Shown: in pieces, positions 1 to 9,116 of the stretch
How the letters are laid out: the number at the start of each line of letters is the position of its first letter
Position numbering within the stretch: position 1 is the stretch's first letter
DNA from: Longimicrobiales bacterium
GTDB lineage: Bacteria > Gemmatimonadota > Gemmatimonadetes > Longimicrobiales > Gaopeijiaceae
Reading direction: 5' to 3'
Assembly (NCBI GenBank): GCA_965226375.1
Contig: CBDDCX010000002.1
Coordinates: 1-58,843 of the forward strand
Length of the DNA: 58,843 nucleotides
Notes under the pieces: generated by a model
Told to the model about the DNA's origin: nothing
What the model saw: the letters and a program-made list of their open reading frames with translations, nothing else
Database searches by the model: none
Made by a program: the position numbers and the translations under genes

Positions 1-192
1 CGCGAGATCGACGGAGGTATGGCGCGCATCCTTGCCCACGAGCTGGGTCACTCCCTGGGCCTCGTCCACGTGCCGTGTACGGCCCAGGGCAACCTCATGG
101 CCGCTGGCTGCCTCCAGGGCTTGCGCACGTTCCTCGACCCAACCCAGGTCACGAGGGTCCGACTACAGGCGGAGTTCGGAAGGCCGTTCTAG
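1..192 (+). CDS. 3' end of metzincin (matrixin-like) zinc metalloprotease, partial
   Basis: Frame 1 reads ...RILAHELGHSLGLVH...GNLM...RPF*; HExxHxxGxxH motif plus Met-turn; TAG at 190-192; not in the ORF track because there is no start in the window. Confidence 0.8.
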   Translation, partial: REIDGGMARILAHELGHSLGLVHVPCTAQGNLMAAGCLQGLRTFLDPTQVTRVRLQAEFGRPF

Positions 193-237
193 CGTTGTCA
201 GGCGGCTCGCCGGTATGCCGGTACGTAACTACCGTCC

Positions 238-267
238 TTGACTCAGTATATCAGTATATCTGATATT
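238..267 (+). promoter_or_regulatory. Probable TA promoter with operator inverted repeat
   Basis: TTGACT at 238-243; ATATCAG-N5-CTGATAT inverted repeat at 248-266 in the spacer; GAGGAG RBS before ATG 288. Confidence 0.55.
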
Positions 268-287
268 CAGACACGAGGAGGCTGGTC

Positions 288-587
288 ATGTCAGTTTCAG
301 AATCCGGCCGGATCGGCAAGCGGGGCACCTTTGTCATTCCGGCAAAGCTCAGGCGAATCTTCGGGATTCAAGAAGGGTCCGAGGTTATCGCCCAGGAAAC
401 GCCGGAAGGGATCTTGATTCGTCCGGCCATCACAGTGCCTCTCGAGATTTACAGCCCCGAGCGGAGGGCTGAGTTCCTGCTCTCCAACGCCGTGGATGAC
501 GCGGATTATCAGGACGCATTGAAGGAAGTGCGCGAGATGGGATTGGATCCTGCCAAGATCCCGCACCATTGCCCGACCGACGACTGA
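288..587 (+). CDS. AbrB/MazE/SpoVT-family antitoxin (VapB-like)
   Basis: GKRGTFVIPAKLRRIFGIQEG AbrB-type N-terminus; directly upstream of a PIN gene. Confidence 0.85.
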   Translation: MSVSESGRIGKRGTFVIPAKLRRIFGIQEGSEVIAQETPEGILIRPAITVPLEIYSPERRAEFLLSNAVDDADYQDALKEVREMGLDPAKIPHHCPTDD

Positions 588-590
588 TCG

Positions 591-989
591 GTGGATCGCC
601 TCTTTCTCGATGCGAACGTCCTCTTTTCGGCCGCGTATAGAGCCGGCGCCGGGGTGCAGCGCCTATGGAGCGCTCCTAATTCGGAGCTCGTCACTTCGGA
701 CTATGCTATTGAGGAGGCGACGCGGAATCTTGCGGATCCCGACCAGAGGGAGCGACTGGCCGGACTCCTGAAGACGGTCGAAGTCGTCCCGGCTGGGATC
801 CTCGACCCGAATCTGCACGGGGACGTCAAGCTCCGCGCCAAGGACTGGCCGATTCTCAGTGGGGCCGTCACGGCTAAGGCCACTCACCTCATCACCGGCG
901 ATGTGCGAGATTTCGGACCCTACTTCGGCCGGGAGGTACTCGGCGTTCTGATCCTGCCCCCGTCCGAGTACCTCCGGGCACGCGCCTGA
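591..989 (+). CDS. PIN-domain toxin (VapC-like)
   Basis: FLDANVLFSA, EE, KDWPIL, LITGD PIN acidic motifs. Confidence 0.85.
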   Translation: MDRLFLDANVLFSAAYRAGAGVQRLWSAPNSELVTSDYAIEEATRNLADPDQRERLAGLLKTVEVVPAGILDPNLHGDVKLRAKDWPILSGAVTAKATHLITGDVRDFGPYFGREVLGVLILPPSEYLRARA

Positions 990-1022
990 GCAAGCGCTTC
1001 CTTAACTCGGGAGTAGGCTTGC

Positions 1023-1598
1023 CTACCGACTCCAGGGCGGTACGATCTCATTCGCACGCGCGTAAGCGATGGACTGCCCCAGGTGCTCGTGCATGTCGCC
1101 CGCCGCCGCGCTGATGACTCCGTACGTCGACATCGCCGTGCCAAACCAGGAGCCCTCGGCCCGGAGCTCCTCAACGGTCAGGTCCCGGGTCGAAGCGATC
1201 AGGTGCTCGAAGGCCTTCTCCATCTCGGCCATGACCTCGCTTTTGGACATGGCGCCCACTCGTTCCATCTCGGGTCCGAACCCGGAGGCGGCGCCTTCCG
1301 GACTCGTCGCTCCCCACATGTTGGGGAAGAGGTTGCCCTCGGCGACCATCAGGGCCATGACGTCCTTGACCGAACGCACGCCTTCCATGGGACGCCAGTC
1401 CCAGGTCTCCTCGGGGAACGCTTCGGCCAGGGCGAGGAACTTGTCGCGCATGGTCTCGAAGTCGGCCACTTGAGCGGCGTGCCAGTTCATGGAGTCGCCG
1501 TCCCCACCGCCCATGGCCTCTTGGCCGGTGGCCGCCAGGGGCATGGCTAACGCTGCGCCCACGATTACCCAACTCCAACGTCTCGTCATCATCGTCAT
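1023..1598 (-). CDS. Secreted DinB-family protein
   Basis: Signal peptide; LAEAFPEETWDWRPMEGVRSV and HEHLGQSIAYAR...PPWS DinB motifs. Confidence 0.8.
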   Translation of the reverse strand: MTMMTRRWSWVIVGAALAMPLAATGQEAMGGGDGDSMNWHAAQVADFETMRDKFLALAEAFPEETWDWRPMEGVRSVKDVMALMVAEGNLFPNMWGATSPEGAASGFGPEMERVGAMSKSEVMAEMEKAFEHLIASTRDLTVEELRAEGSWFGTAMSTYGVISAAAGDMHEHLGQSIAYARANEIVPPWSR

Positions 1599-1702
1599 CT
1601 CCTATCGAGGTGCGGTACAAAGGGTGCGGTAATCTAGCACCCGTGGGGTACGTGGATCGGGGTTGAACCTTTCTCCGATCTCGAATATCTTTTGCATCTT
1701 AT

Positions 1703-1776
<74 letters not shown>

Positions 1777-2006
1777 CTCGATTGAAATCGCCGCCTTTGG
1801 GCGGCGTTTCCATGTGATGGCTAAGCAGGATTTCAGGGGGTCGGCCGATGTTTCAGACGGATGCCAAACAGGCGCGCGGATGGACGATGGCCGATACGTG
1901 GTCTAGCCCGCGACCGTGGGCGGTCGGGGGGCGCGGCTAGAAACTTCGAGCCCGCACCTCTCGTCAGACCGTCCGCAGCCGACAGGCCTCGGGCGGTTTT
2001 TTTGTC

Positions 2007-2079
2007 GGCCAGGTAGCTCAGTTGGTAGAGCACGCGACTGAAAATCGCGGTGTCGGTGGTTCGATTCCGCCCCTGGCCA
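2007..2079 (+). tRNA. tRNA-Phe(GAA)
   Basis: GGCCAGG...CCTGGCC-A acceptor stem; CT-GAA-AA loop. Confidence 0.95.
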
Positions 2080-2118
2080 TTTGCAGGACTGACCGCGTTG
2101 GCGGCGATTTGAACACAG

Positions 2119-2191
2119 AGGTCCGTAGCTCAACTGGTAGAGCACCGGTCTCCAAAACCGGGGGTTGGGGGTTCGAGTCCCTCCGGGCCTG
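2119..2191 (+). tRNA. tRNA-Trp(CCA)
   Basis: Cloverleaf; CT-CCA-AA loop. Confidence 0.95.
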
Positions 2192-2213
2192 TTTGAAAAG
2201 TAGGTAGGGAGTC

Positions 2214-2285
2214 GCCCTCATCGTCTAACGGTTAGGACGCCAGGTTTTCAACCTGGTAATCGGGGTTCGATTCCCCGTGAGGGCA
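2214..2285 (+). tRNA. tRNA-Glu(TTC)
   Basis: Cloverleaf; TT-TTC-AA loop. Confidence 0.95.
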
Positions 2286-2319
2286 TAGCAGGAACCGGAC
2301 CCAGGATGTCCGGAGGTAA

Positions 2320-2394
2320 GGGGCTGTAGCTCAGTTTGGTTAGAGTGCCGGTCTGTCACACCGGAGGTCGCGGGTTCAAGTCCCGTCAGCCCCG
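2320..2394 (+). tRNA. tRNA-Asp(GTC)
   Basis: Cloverleaf; CT-GTC-AC loop. Confidence 0.95.
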
Positions 2395-2434
2395 TTGGAT
2401 GTGCTTTTTGAAAGATCATCGGTGAAGTGTGCTA

Positions 2435-2507
<73 letters not shown>

Positions 2508-2522
2508 CTGCAACCGGATCAA

Positions 2523-2607
2523 GCTCGGGTGGCGGAATTGGTAGACGCGCAGGGTTCAGGACCCTGTGGGGGTTAACCCCGTGAGGGTTCGAGTCCCTCC
2601 TCGAGCA
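2523..2607 (+). tRNA. tRNA-Leu(CAG)
   Basis: Long variable arm; TT-CAG-GA loop. Confidence 0.95.
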
Positions 2608-2644
2608 TTTGTTCTGTTCGACTCAGGTTTGATTCAGGCAGATT

Positions 2645-2728
2645 GCCCACGTGCTGGAATTGGTAGACAGGCTGGTTTGAGGGACCAGTGTCGGAAACGG
2701 CGTACAGGTTCGAGTCCTGTCGTGGGCA
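2645..2728 (+). tRNA. tRNA-Leu(GAG)
   Basis: Long variable arm; TT-GAG-GG loop. Confidence 0.95.
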
Positions 2729-2897
2729 CTTTTTCGCGGACGCTTTTGGCGCATGGCGGCGTCGGGACTGCGGTCGTCCCTCCCTGTGGCGTACGGTTGT
2801 ACGCCTCAGTCGGGGCGCCTTGCCCTCCTTGCTCTACACCAAAATCGCTCCGCGAAAAAGAGTGGTCTTCGAGATCACTGCATTGCGGTTTGTTTTT

Positions 2898-2971
2898 GCG
2901 CCCGTAGCTCAGCTGGATAGAGTGCCTGGCTACGGACCAGGAGGTCGGGGGTTCGAATCCCTCCGGGCGCG
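2898..2971 (+). tRNA. tRNA-Arg(ACG)
   Basis: Cloverleaf; CT-ACG-GA loop. Confidence 0.95.
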
Positions 2972-3006
2972 TTTGATGTACGAAACACGCATGGCGAGAG
3001 AGGACC

Positions 3007-3080
<74 letters not shown>

Positions 3081-3126
3081 CTATAGGCGGCCCTCAGCAA
3101 AAAGGCCGGGTGGCCGAACAAGGTCG

Positions 3127-3199
3127 GGGGCCGTAGCTCAGTTGGGAGAGCGCAGCGTTCGCAACGCTGAGGTCAGGGGTTCGATTCCCCTCGGCTCCA
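3127..3199 (+). tRNA. tRNA-Ala(CGC)
   Basis: Cloverleaf; G3:U70; TT-CGC-AA loop. Confidence 0.95.
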
Positions 3200-3207
3200 C
3201 TTGGTTT

Positions 3208-3280
3208 GCCACCTTAGCTCAGTTGGTAGAGCACGTCACTCGTAATGACGGGGTCGTCGGTTCAACTCCGACAGGTGGCT
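3208..3280 (+). tRNA. tRNA-Thr(CGT)
   Basis: Cloverleaf; CT-CGT-AA loop. Confidence 0.95.
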
Positions 3281-3286
3281 CTTGTT

Positions 3287-3359
3287 TGCCCCTTGGTGTA
3301 ACTGGAAACACGCCGGATTCTGGTTCTGGAGAGTCTAGGTTCGAGCCCTAGAGGGGCAA
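3287..3359 (+). tRNA. tRNA-Gln(CTG)
   Basis: Cloverleaf; TT-CTG-GT loop. Confidence 0.93.
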
Positions 3360-3375
3360 CTTACACGACACTGTG

Positions 3376-3459
3376 GGAGGGATGGCCGAGTGGCTTAAGG
3401 CGACGCCCTGCTAAGGCGTTGGACGCAAGTCCGCGTGGGTTCGAATCCCACTCCCTCCG
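3376..3459 (+). tRNA. tRNA-Ser(GCT)
   Basis: Long variable arm; CT-GCT-AA loop. Confidence 0.95.
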
Positions 3460-3518
3460 TTTCTTACCAAATCGCGAGGGCGACGTGGGGTCTTAGTCCC
3501 CCCGTTTGGTCTGAATTT

Positions 3519-3602
3519 GGATGGGTGGCCGAGCGGCTTAAGGCGCACGATTGGAAATCGTGTGGGTTAATACCCTCGTGGGTTCGAATCCCACCCCATC
3601 CG
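3519..3602 (+). tRNA. tRNA-Ser(GGA)
   Basis: Long variable arm; TT-GGA-AA loop. Confidence 0.95.
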
Positions 3603-3734
3603 TTGGGGTTGCCGCAAGGCAACCAAGGGTGATTTGGGACTCGTTCGAGTGCTCTCCCACTCCGTTCCGCTAGGAGTAGGATGGCCCACGCGTCCCGTAG
3701 GGACGCGGTTTCTGGGCGCTTGATGAGGGAATTT

Positions 3735-3808
3735 CGGGGCGTGGCTCAGTTCGGTAGAGCGCTGCGTTCGGGACGCAGAGGTCCCCGGTTCAAATCCGGG
3801 CGCCCCGA
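3735..3808 (+). tRNA. tRNA-Pro(CGG)
   Basis: Cloverleaf; TT-CGG-GA loop. Confidence 0.95.
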
Positions 3809-3824
3809 CTGTATTGCGACGTTT

Positions 3825-3907
3825 GGAGCCGTCGCATAATTGGTATTGCACCAGTCTCGAAAACTGGCGCCCGTGAGGGTGTGTGGGTTCGAGTCCCACC
3901 GGCTCCG
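3825..3907 (+). tRNA. tRNA-Ser(CGA), probable integration site
   Basis: Long variable arm; CT-CGA-AA loop; integrase gene ends 60 bp downstream. Confidence 0.92.
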
Positions 3908-3910
3908 CTG

Positions 3911-3942
3911 GCCCTCCAGGTTCTCACCTGGGGGGTCTTTTT
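3911..3942 (+). terminator. Intrinsic terminator after the tRNA array
   Basis: GCCCTCCAGGT-loop-ACCTGGGGGGT hairpin followed by a T-run. Confidence 0.7.
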
Positions 3943-3967
3943 CGTTCTTTGAGGGGGGGGCTGAGAG

Positions 3968-5104
3968 CTAGGCTGAAACAGGGTCTGGAGAGGGGGATGT
4001 TGTAACGAGTGTTGTAACGTTCTCACCCGCCAAGCCCATATCCGACAGGGCACGATCGTAATGCGTGCTGGCCATCGGCGGCTGGTAGACAGCGTACCGC
4101 ATCGTCATCACGATGCTGGCGTGCCCGAGGCGCTGCTGGAGTTCGCCGAGGGGCATTCCGGCCTTGGCGCAGTGCACGGCGTACGTGTGACGCAGGTCGT
4201 GGAACCTCACATCCGCGAGTCCGGCCGCAGAGCGGATTTGCTCCCAGGCCTTACGCAACGTGTGGGTCGTGACGGATCCGAAGAGCGCGTCGGCCTCTCC
4301 GAGCCCCTCCTCGGTCAACCAACTCCCCAGGGCGTCCAGGCTCTCTCCGCCGAGCGGAACGCGTCGCCTAGCTCTTGCGGACTTCCCGGCGGGTACCACG
4401 ACTGCCCCTGCCTGGAAGTCGACGTCCTTGATCTGGAGCGCGAAGATCTCGCCCCGCCGCAGGCCAGTGGCGATGGCGAATCCAATGACAATCCACCAGT
4501 CGCCGGCGCACTCCCGGAGACGCGCGATCTCGGTCCGCGTGAGCCACCGGGTCCGTCCGCGTGAGTCCGGACGTAGTTTCACCTGATCCATGATCTCGGC
4601 TGCTGCCGCCTTGCCAACTTGCTCCCTAAGCAGCAACCGGACGGCAGACATTTCGCGCCGCTCGGTTCCTCCAGACAGCCCGAGTTCACGGTAGCGCCGG
4701 ACGAGGAGTGCCACGTGGCCTGGATCGGCTAACCATGATACTCGGGCTCCGGTAGGCGCGACCTCCAGAACCCGGTCCATCGCCGTCTTGTAACGCGCGT
4801 CAGGATGGGCACCCCAGAAGTCCCGGATGGCGTCCGCAAGAGACGGGTCCGTGACCTCCCGGCTGAACTCGTGAAGCCGGCCGGTTACCTTGGCCGTGTG
4901 AAGGTCCGGAAGGCTGATCCTGCCCTCTCTGAGCGCGTCCAACGCCTCGTGTCGCCCGGTCGAGGCCAGCTCGCGGATGGCAGCCTCCATCGCTTGAGCG
5001 ATTGCCTTGCTCCTCGACCGGGTCGACAGGGGTCCTACGCGGTGTCCGTATCCCGAGGGTCGGGCATCGACGTAGTACGCTCCTCCATGGCGGCGGTAAG
5101 CCAT
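3968..5104 (-). CDS. Tyrosine integrase
   Basis: TGLRRGE, HDLRHT, LGHASIVMTMRY catalytic motifs; start moved to ATG 5104, directly after the xis stop. Confidence 0.92.
   Translation of the reverse strand: MAYRRHGGAYYVDARPSGYGHRVGPLSTRSRSKAIAQAMEAAIRELASTGRHEALDALREGRISLPDLHTAKVTGRLHEFSREVTDPSLADAIRDFWGAHPDARYKTAMDRVLEVAPTGARVSWLADPGHVALLVRRYRELGLSGGTERREMSAVRLLLREQVGKAAAAEIMDQVKLRPDSRGRTRWLTRTEIARLRECAGDWWIVIGFAIATGLRRGEIFALQIKDVDFQAGAVVVPAGKSARARRRVPLGGESLDALGSWLTEEGLGEADALFGSVTTHTLRKAWEQIRSAAGLADVRFHDLRHTYAVHCAKAGMPLGELQQRLGHASIVMTMRYAVYQPPMASTHYDRALSDMGLAGENVTTLVTTSPSPDPVSA
3998..4019. repeat. TGTTGTAACG direct repeat x2 (candidate integrase arm-binding sites)
   Basis: Exact 10-bp repeats at 3998 and 4010, about 90 bp from the tRNA-Ser 3' end. 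Confidence 0.55.
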
Positions 5105-5105
5105 G

Positions 5106-5312
5106 CTACCCGACCTGCCGCGCCAGTTCGTACTCGACCACGTCGGTCCAGCGGTAACGTCGGGTCCGCGGTCCAAGCTTCAGGTACGGAAGGAGTTCGT
5201 TCGGGATGCGGTAAACGCTGTCCCGGTGGACGCCCCAATGTTCAGCTAGATCGTTCGCAGTCACGAGTCTCTCGGGCTCCTGGCCCCGTCGGGGCATCGG
5301 TGGGATGGTCAT
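5106..5312 (-). CDS. Excisionase/AlpA-like HTH protein
   Basis: 68 aa, LVTANDLAEHWGVHRDSVYR...RRYRWTDV; directly upstream of the integrase. Confidence 0.8.
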   Translation of the reverse strand: MTIPPMPRRGQEPERLVTANDLAEHWGVHRDSVYRIPNELLPYLKLGPRTRRYRWTDVVEYELARQVG

Positions 5313-5785
5313 ACTTCACCCTCCGGGAATCGATCATCTCGATTTTGCTCGGACAATTGGTTCGTGTCCCCATCCTCCTCAGCCAGAGGTGCGTAATGCT
5401 CGTAGATGGCCTCGAGCTGGTCGCGCCAGAACCACACTCGATGATCCAACCGGTCGAGCATCCCAGCCTTCATCGCGGCTCGGTAGAAGCCCTTGCTCGG
5501 CATGCCGGAGTTCTGGTTGACCACCAGCGCCGAGATCAGAAACCCATGGCGCTTGCGGAGCGAGTCTGTAATCCCGTTAAGTACGACCGCCACGATACGA
5601 ATATCTCGCGACGACCAGTGATGGACGTCAATTTCGAACGGCTTGCCGCTCGGCGACCAGGAGGCGTCGAACTTTATTCCCCCGGCCAGTTGCGAATAGT
5701 TGATCGTCTCGCCCTTGACGGCGGCAGCCAGAAGTCGTCGGCGCATGATCGCGATCGGCTCGCCGCTACGGTGCGCGTGAGTCAT
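5309..5785 (-). CDS. Hypothetical protein (winged-helix-like)
   Basis: GGAGG RBS, ATG 5785; TINYSQLA...LISALVVNQNSGMPSKGFY; 4-bp overlap with xis. Confidence 0.65.
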   Translation of the reverse strand: MTHAHRSGEPIAIMRRRLLAAAVKGETINYSQLAGGIKFDASWSPSGKPFEIDVHHWSSRDIRIVAVVLNGITDSLRKRHGFLISALVVNQNSGMPSKGFYRAAMKAGMLDRLDHRVWFWRDQLEAIYEHYAPLAEEDGDTNQLSEQNRDDRFPEGEV

Positions 5786-5837
5786 GAGTCCTCCCCCGCA
5801 CCGAGGTACCGCTTGAAGACGTCGGTGAATTCCGTGT

Positions 5838-6904
5838 AGGGGGTATTCCCTTAAGTCCACCGACCCCAAGATATAGTGGTTACCGGGGCTCTGCGGGCCG
5901 TTTCCCACGTCCGGTGCCGAGGTAAAGGGCCGAAGCTGGCGTGGGAGCACACTGAACAGCCTGCTCAAGCAAGCGGTAGAACAACAGGCCGCGAGCCCGG
6001 GATGTGCGTCGGTTGAAGCGAAAGGTGAACTCGTCCAGATAGTAGGGGAGGTGTTCGCGGGCGATCCCTCCTTGGAGGGTTCCGAGGACCCAGCGCTTGA
6101 GGAGAGACGCCACCCGATGTACGGCCGACATGAGCACGTGAGCGGGATCGCCGGAGGTCGAGAGGTTCGTGACCGTGTGGCGAAAGCCCAGTTTGGCGAG
6201 TCCCTGATAGCTTGGCCATCCGTCGGTATGCACCGTGCTTGCCGGTGCGATGCTATCCTTGACGAAGCCTCGCAGAACCGGAGCGGAGAGGTCGGGCACC
6301 CAACGCAGCCGTATTCTCCCGATCTTGCGTCCGTCGACCTCGGCGGCGATCGCGACGATGGCCTTCTTGATCGTCTCGCGGCCCCGCACTCCAGCCTCCA
6401 CGCCCCCGACATAGCTCTCGTCCACTTGCACAACGCCGCTCAGCTGGTCGCGATCCGGTCGGACCATGGCCCGGCGGAGCTTGTGGAGCCAGACCCACGC
6501 TGTCTTGTAGCTTCCCAGTCCGAGCACGCGCTGGAGCCCGAGAGCATTGGCTCCGTATTTCTGGCTCGTGAGCTCCCAGGCAGCGAGAAACCACAGACGC
6601 AGGGGCGAGCGCGTGCGGTGGAACACGGTTCCCGCCAGCACCGAGGTCTGCCTTCGACAGTGTGGGCAGACGAGACGCCCCCGCGATGCTCGCCAGACCT
6701 CTCCCAACCCGCCACAGCCCACGCACACAAACCCTTCCGGCCAGCGCAGACCCTCCACGTACTCCAGGCATGCCGCATCGTCGGGGAAGAACTCGTCCAA
6801 CTCCAGCCGCGTACGGGGATAGTCCACGCCGCCACGGAGCTGAGAAGCCGGAACCGCCATGACCACAACATGTAGTGGGCGGTGGACTTAAGGCAATACC
6901 CCAT
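5838..6904 (-). mobile_element. Complete IS1595-family element
   Basis: 25-bp terminal IRs AGGGGGTATTCCCTTAAGTCCACCG / ATGGGGTATTGCCTTAAGTCCACCG; 8-bp TSD TTCCGTGT at 5830-5837 and 6905-6912. Confidence 0.95.
5880..6866 (-). CDS. IS1595 transposase
   Basis: Zn ribbon (CVGC...CPHC), VQVDESY, HTDGW, YLDEFTFRFNRR. Confidence 0.95.
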   Translation of the reverse strand: MVMAVPASQLRGGVDYPRTRLELDEFFPDDAACLEYVEGLRWPEGFVCVGCGGLGEVWRASRGRLVCPHCRRQTSVLAGTVFHRTRSPLRLWFLAAWELTSQKYGANALGLQRVLGLGSYKTAWVWLHKLRRAMVRPDRDQLSGVVQVDESYVGGVEAGVRGRETIKKAIVAIAAEVDGRKIGRIRLRWVPDLSAPVLRGFVKDSIAPASTVHTDGWPSYQGLAKLGFRHTVTNLSTSGDPAHVLMSAVHRVASLLKRWVLGTLQGGIAREHLPYYLDEFTFRFNRRTSRARGLLFYRLLEQAVQCAPTPASALYLGTGRGKRPAEPR

Positions 6905-9116
6905 TTCCGTGTTTTCGTAGCCGCGCGCGGACGAGGTGGCCTTAGGAAACCAGAGTACCTTCGGCGTGATGCCGAACGGCCGGAGCAAGGCAGCGAGCTG
7001 CTGCCCGTTGAGCTTGCGTCCGTGCAGGTAACTCTGCCACGGGCGGTCCTCGAGCTCCTCGAGCCGTCCGATAACCTGACGCGTCGTCAGGCGGCGTACG
7101 GTCTGTCCCGACCCGAGATCGACGTCGGAGGCCTTGTTGAAGATCTCGTGCAGGTCCTCGAGGAGAAGGATCGCAATTGCCTGGTCACGCCCTGCCGGAT
7201 CCGTACCCACGGTGAGAGCAGCCCCGACGTGCCCGTTCAGGCCAGTCACCACCGACGACCTCTGCGATCTTGAGCAAGACGCGCCAGTTGTCCTGAGCGC
7301 GGTCGTCGAGCCACTGGGGTACCTCGGGCTCCGCAGCCACGATCTGCTTCTCGTGACCGTGCGCCCACGCCCAGGCCTTCCGCAGGAGGGGAGTGAAGGA
7401 CTTCGGAGCGTGGTCATAACGGAGGCGCTCCACCTTCTCGGTGGGAAGCTTTCGGCGCATGCGGATCTCGATCGAACGGTCGTGAACCGTGGGCGGTAGG
7501 GCGCCAATGTGCGCGATGACCTTAGGCGACCAGGTCTTGAACTGCCGTGGCTCGTAGCCCTCGCCCTCACACCGGATCACGAACGCCAGAGCCTTCTTGT
7601 GACTACCGTTTAGCAGGTTCACGTACTGCACGTCGAGTCCCAGGAACGTGTCTCCTTCGTCGATCAAGAGCGTCGGTTCCCATTTCTCAACAGACCGGAA
7701 GAGCGCAGCGGGAGAAATGTTTGACGCCTGCAGTGGGCGGGGAGTCAAGTGCAGGAGCAACTCGATCAGTGTGCTTTTGCCACACCGTTTTGTCGGTGAC
7801 GTGAGGGTCAACAGCGGCGAGATTGAGAACGCATCGTGAGCATGCGCCATGACGATCCAAAGGGCGACGATGGTGTCACAACACTGGGGCAGCAGGACGT
7901 ACGTCGAGAGTATCTCGGCCAGGTCGTTGAGGAGCGCGACACCGTCCACAGCGTCCGGCCAGGGGGCAGGATCTACCAACAGATCTGCCGACGCCGGCCG
8001 TCCCTCCTCTTTCCGTCGAGTCTTGAATCCCGCGGCTAGCAACTTCTTGGCGGCTTCTGCTGTTTGGCCCTTCTCCCGCAGAAGCTGAATTGCGGCCAGC
8101 CCCGTCGTCTCCCGGTCGAGGAGGTCCGCTCCATCGACGAGCTCGACGAGATTGCGGATCCCGGCTGACACAGCGTCCATCGATGCAGCTGCATTGAGTT
8201 GGGTCAGGCCGGCCAGCCTGAGCCGGTCCTCTGGGGTGTGAGCCGGGTCGTACTGGCCGACGCTGATTGTGATCCGCTCGATCTCACTCTCGCTCAGCGG
8301 TGGACGGCATCGTCCTTCATTCTCCTTCAACAAGGCCGCCTTCATGGCCTCAGGGGTCATGCCACGACGTCGCATGCTGCCCGCGAGGCTTACGAGCGTG
8401 ACATGCCGTGTACCCTCCGGGATGGTCCCGTCTTCGGTGTCAGCCCCAACCCGTGTCTTGGGCGTAGGTTGAGTGATGAGATCGAGCAGCCAAGCAGGCA
8501 GGTCGGCCAGGGGCACGGACGCGCACTCAGGCCCTTCTGCCCAGATGTAGTCACCACCCGAGGCGTGTCTGCTTGAAGGAGCGACCACGTACCCGTTCGA
8601 GCCTCTGATATCGATCCCGGGCCGGATCCCAGCCCGGTTGCGAATCTCACCCTCCGGTAGGCGGAAGTAGTAATGCCGGCCGCCACCTCCGGTCTCTACC
8701 GTGGGCGTGACCGGTAGGGGTCCAAACTCCGCTTCCAATGCGTCGAGGGACTCTTGCCCCCCGTGCGCGGGGTCGATGTCGAGGACGACGATGTTCGACC
8801 CTGGATCGGTCGCGATACCGATGTTGCCGTTTGGGTATCGCTCCGACCACGCCTTCAACTGCTTCAGCGACGTTGTTGCGTCGAGCACGCCGTTACGTGT
8901 GACTGGATGTTTGCCAGGGCTACTACACTGAGCTTGGCCACACGTACAAGCACCGTCTGTTCGTATGCCGTGCAACCACAGGACGTGGAGACCGTCGACA
9001 ACGTAGTCGAACGCCTCCGCGAAAAGGTTCTTCAACTTCATCGTGCATCCTCCCTTTTGAGATGATTGGTTACTTTGGGAAGGAGGTACTTATGCGAACG
9101 CTCACACAGGCATAAG

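Larger units (their letters stand above)
5782..9041 (-). pseudogene. Bifunctional primase/polymerase + PriCT-1 + DUF3631 replication protein, frameshifted and IS-interrupted
   Basis: CTCG..C..PGKHP, NIGIAT, VLDID, TGGGGRHYYF; KRCGKST; one extra G near 7222 (RAALTVG restored); removing IS1595 restores ...RGYENTEFTDVFKRYLGAGEDS*, with TGA overlapping ATG 5785. Confidence 0.85.

Noticed and set aside
1810..2003. Hairpins between tRNA-fMet and tRNA-Phe as a riboswitch or T-box
   Set aside because: Only generic hairpins and a terminator-like stem; no T-box or aptamer consensus seen
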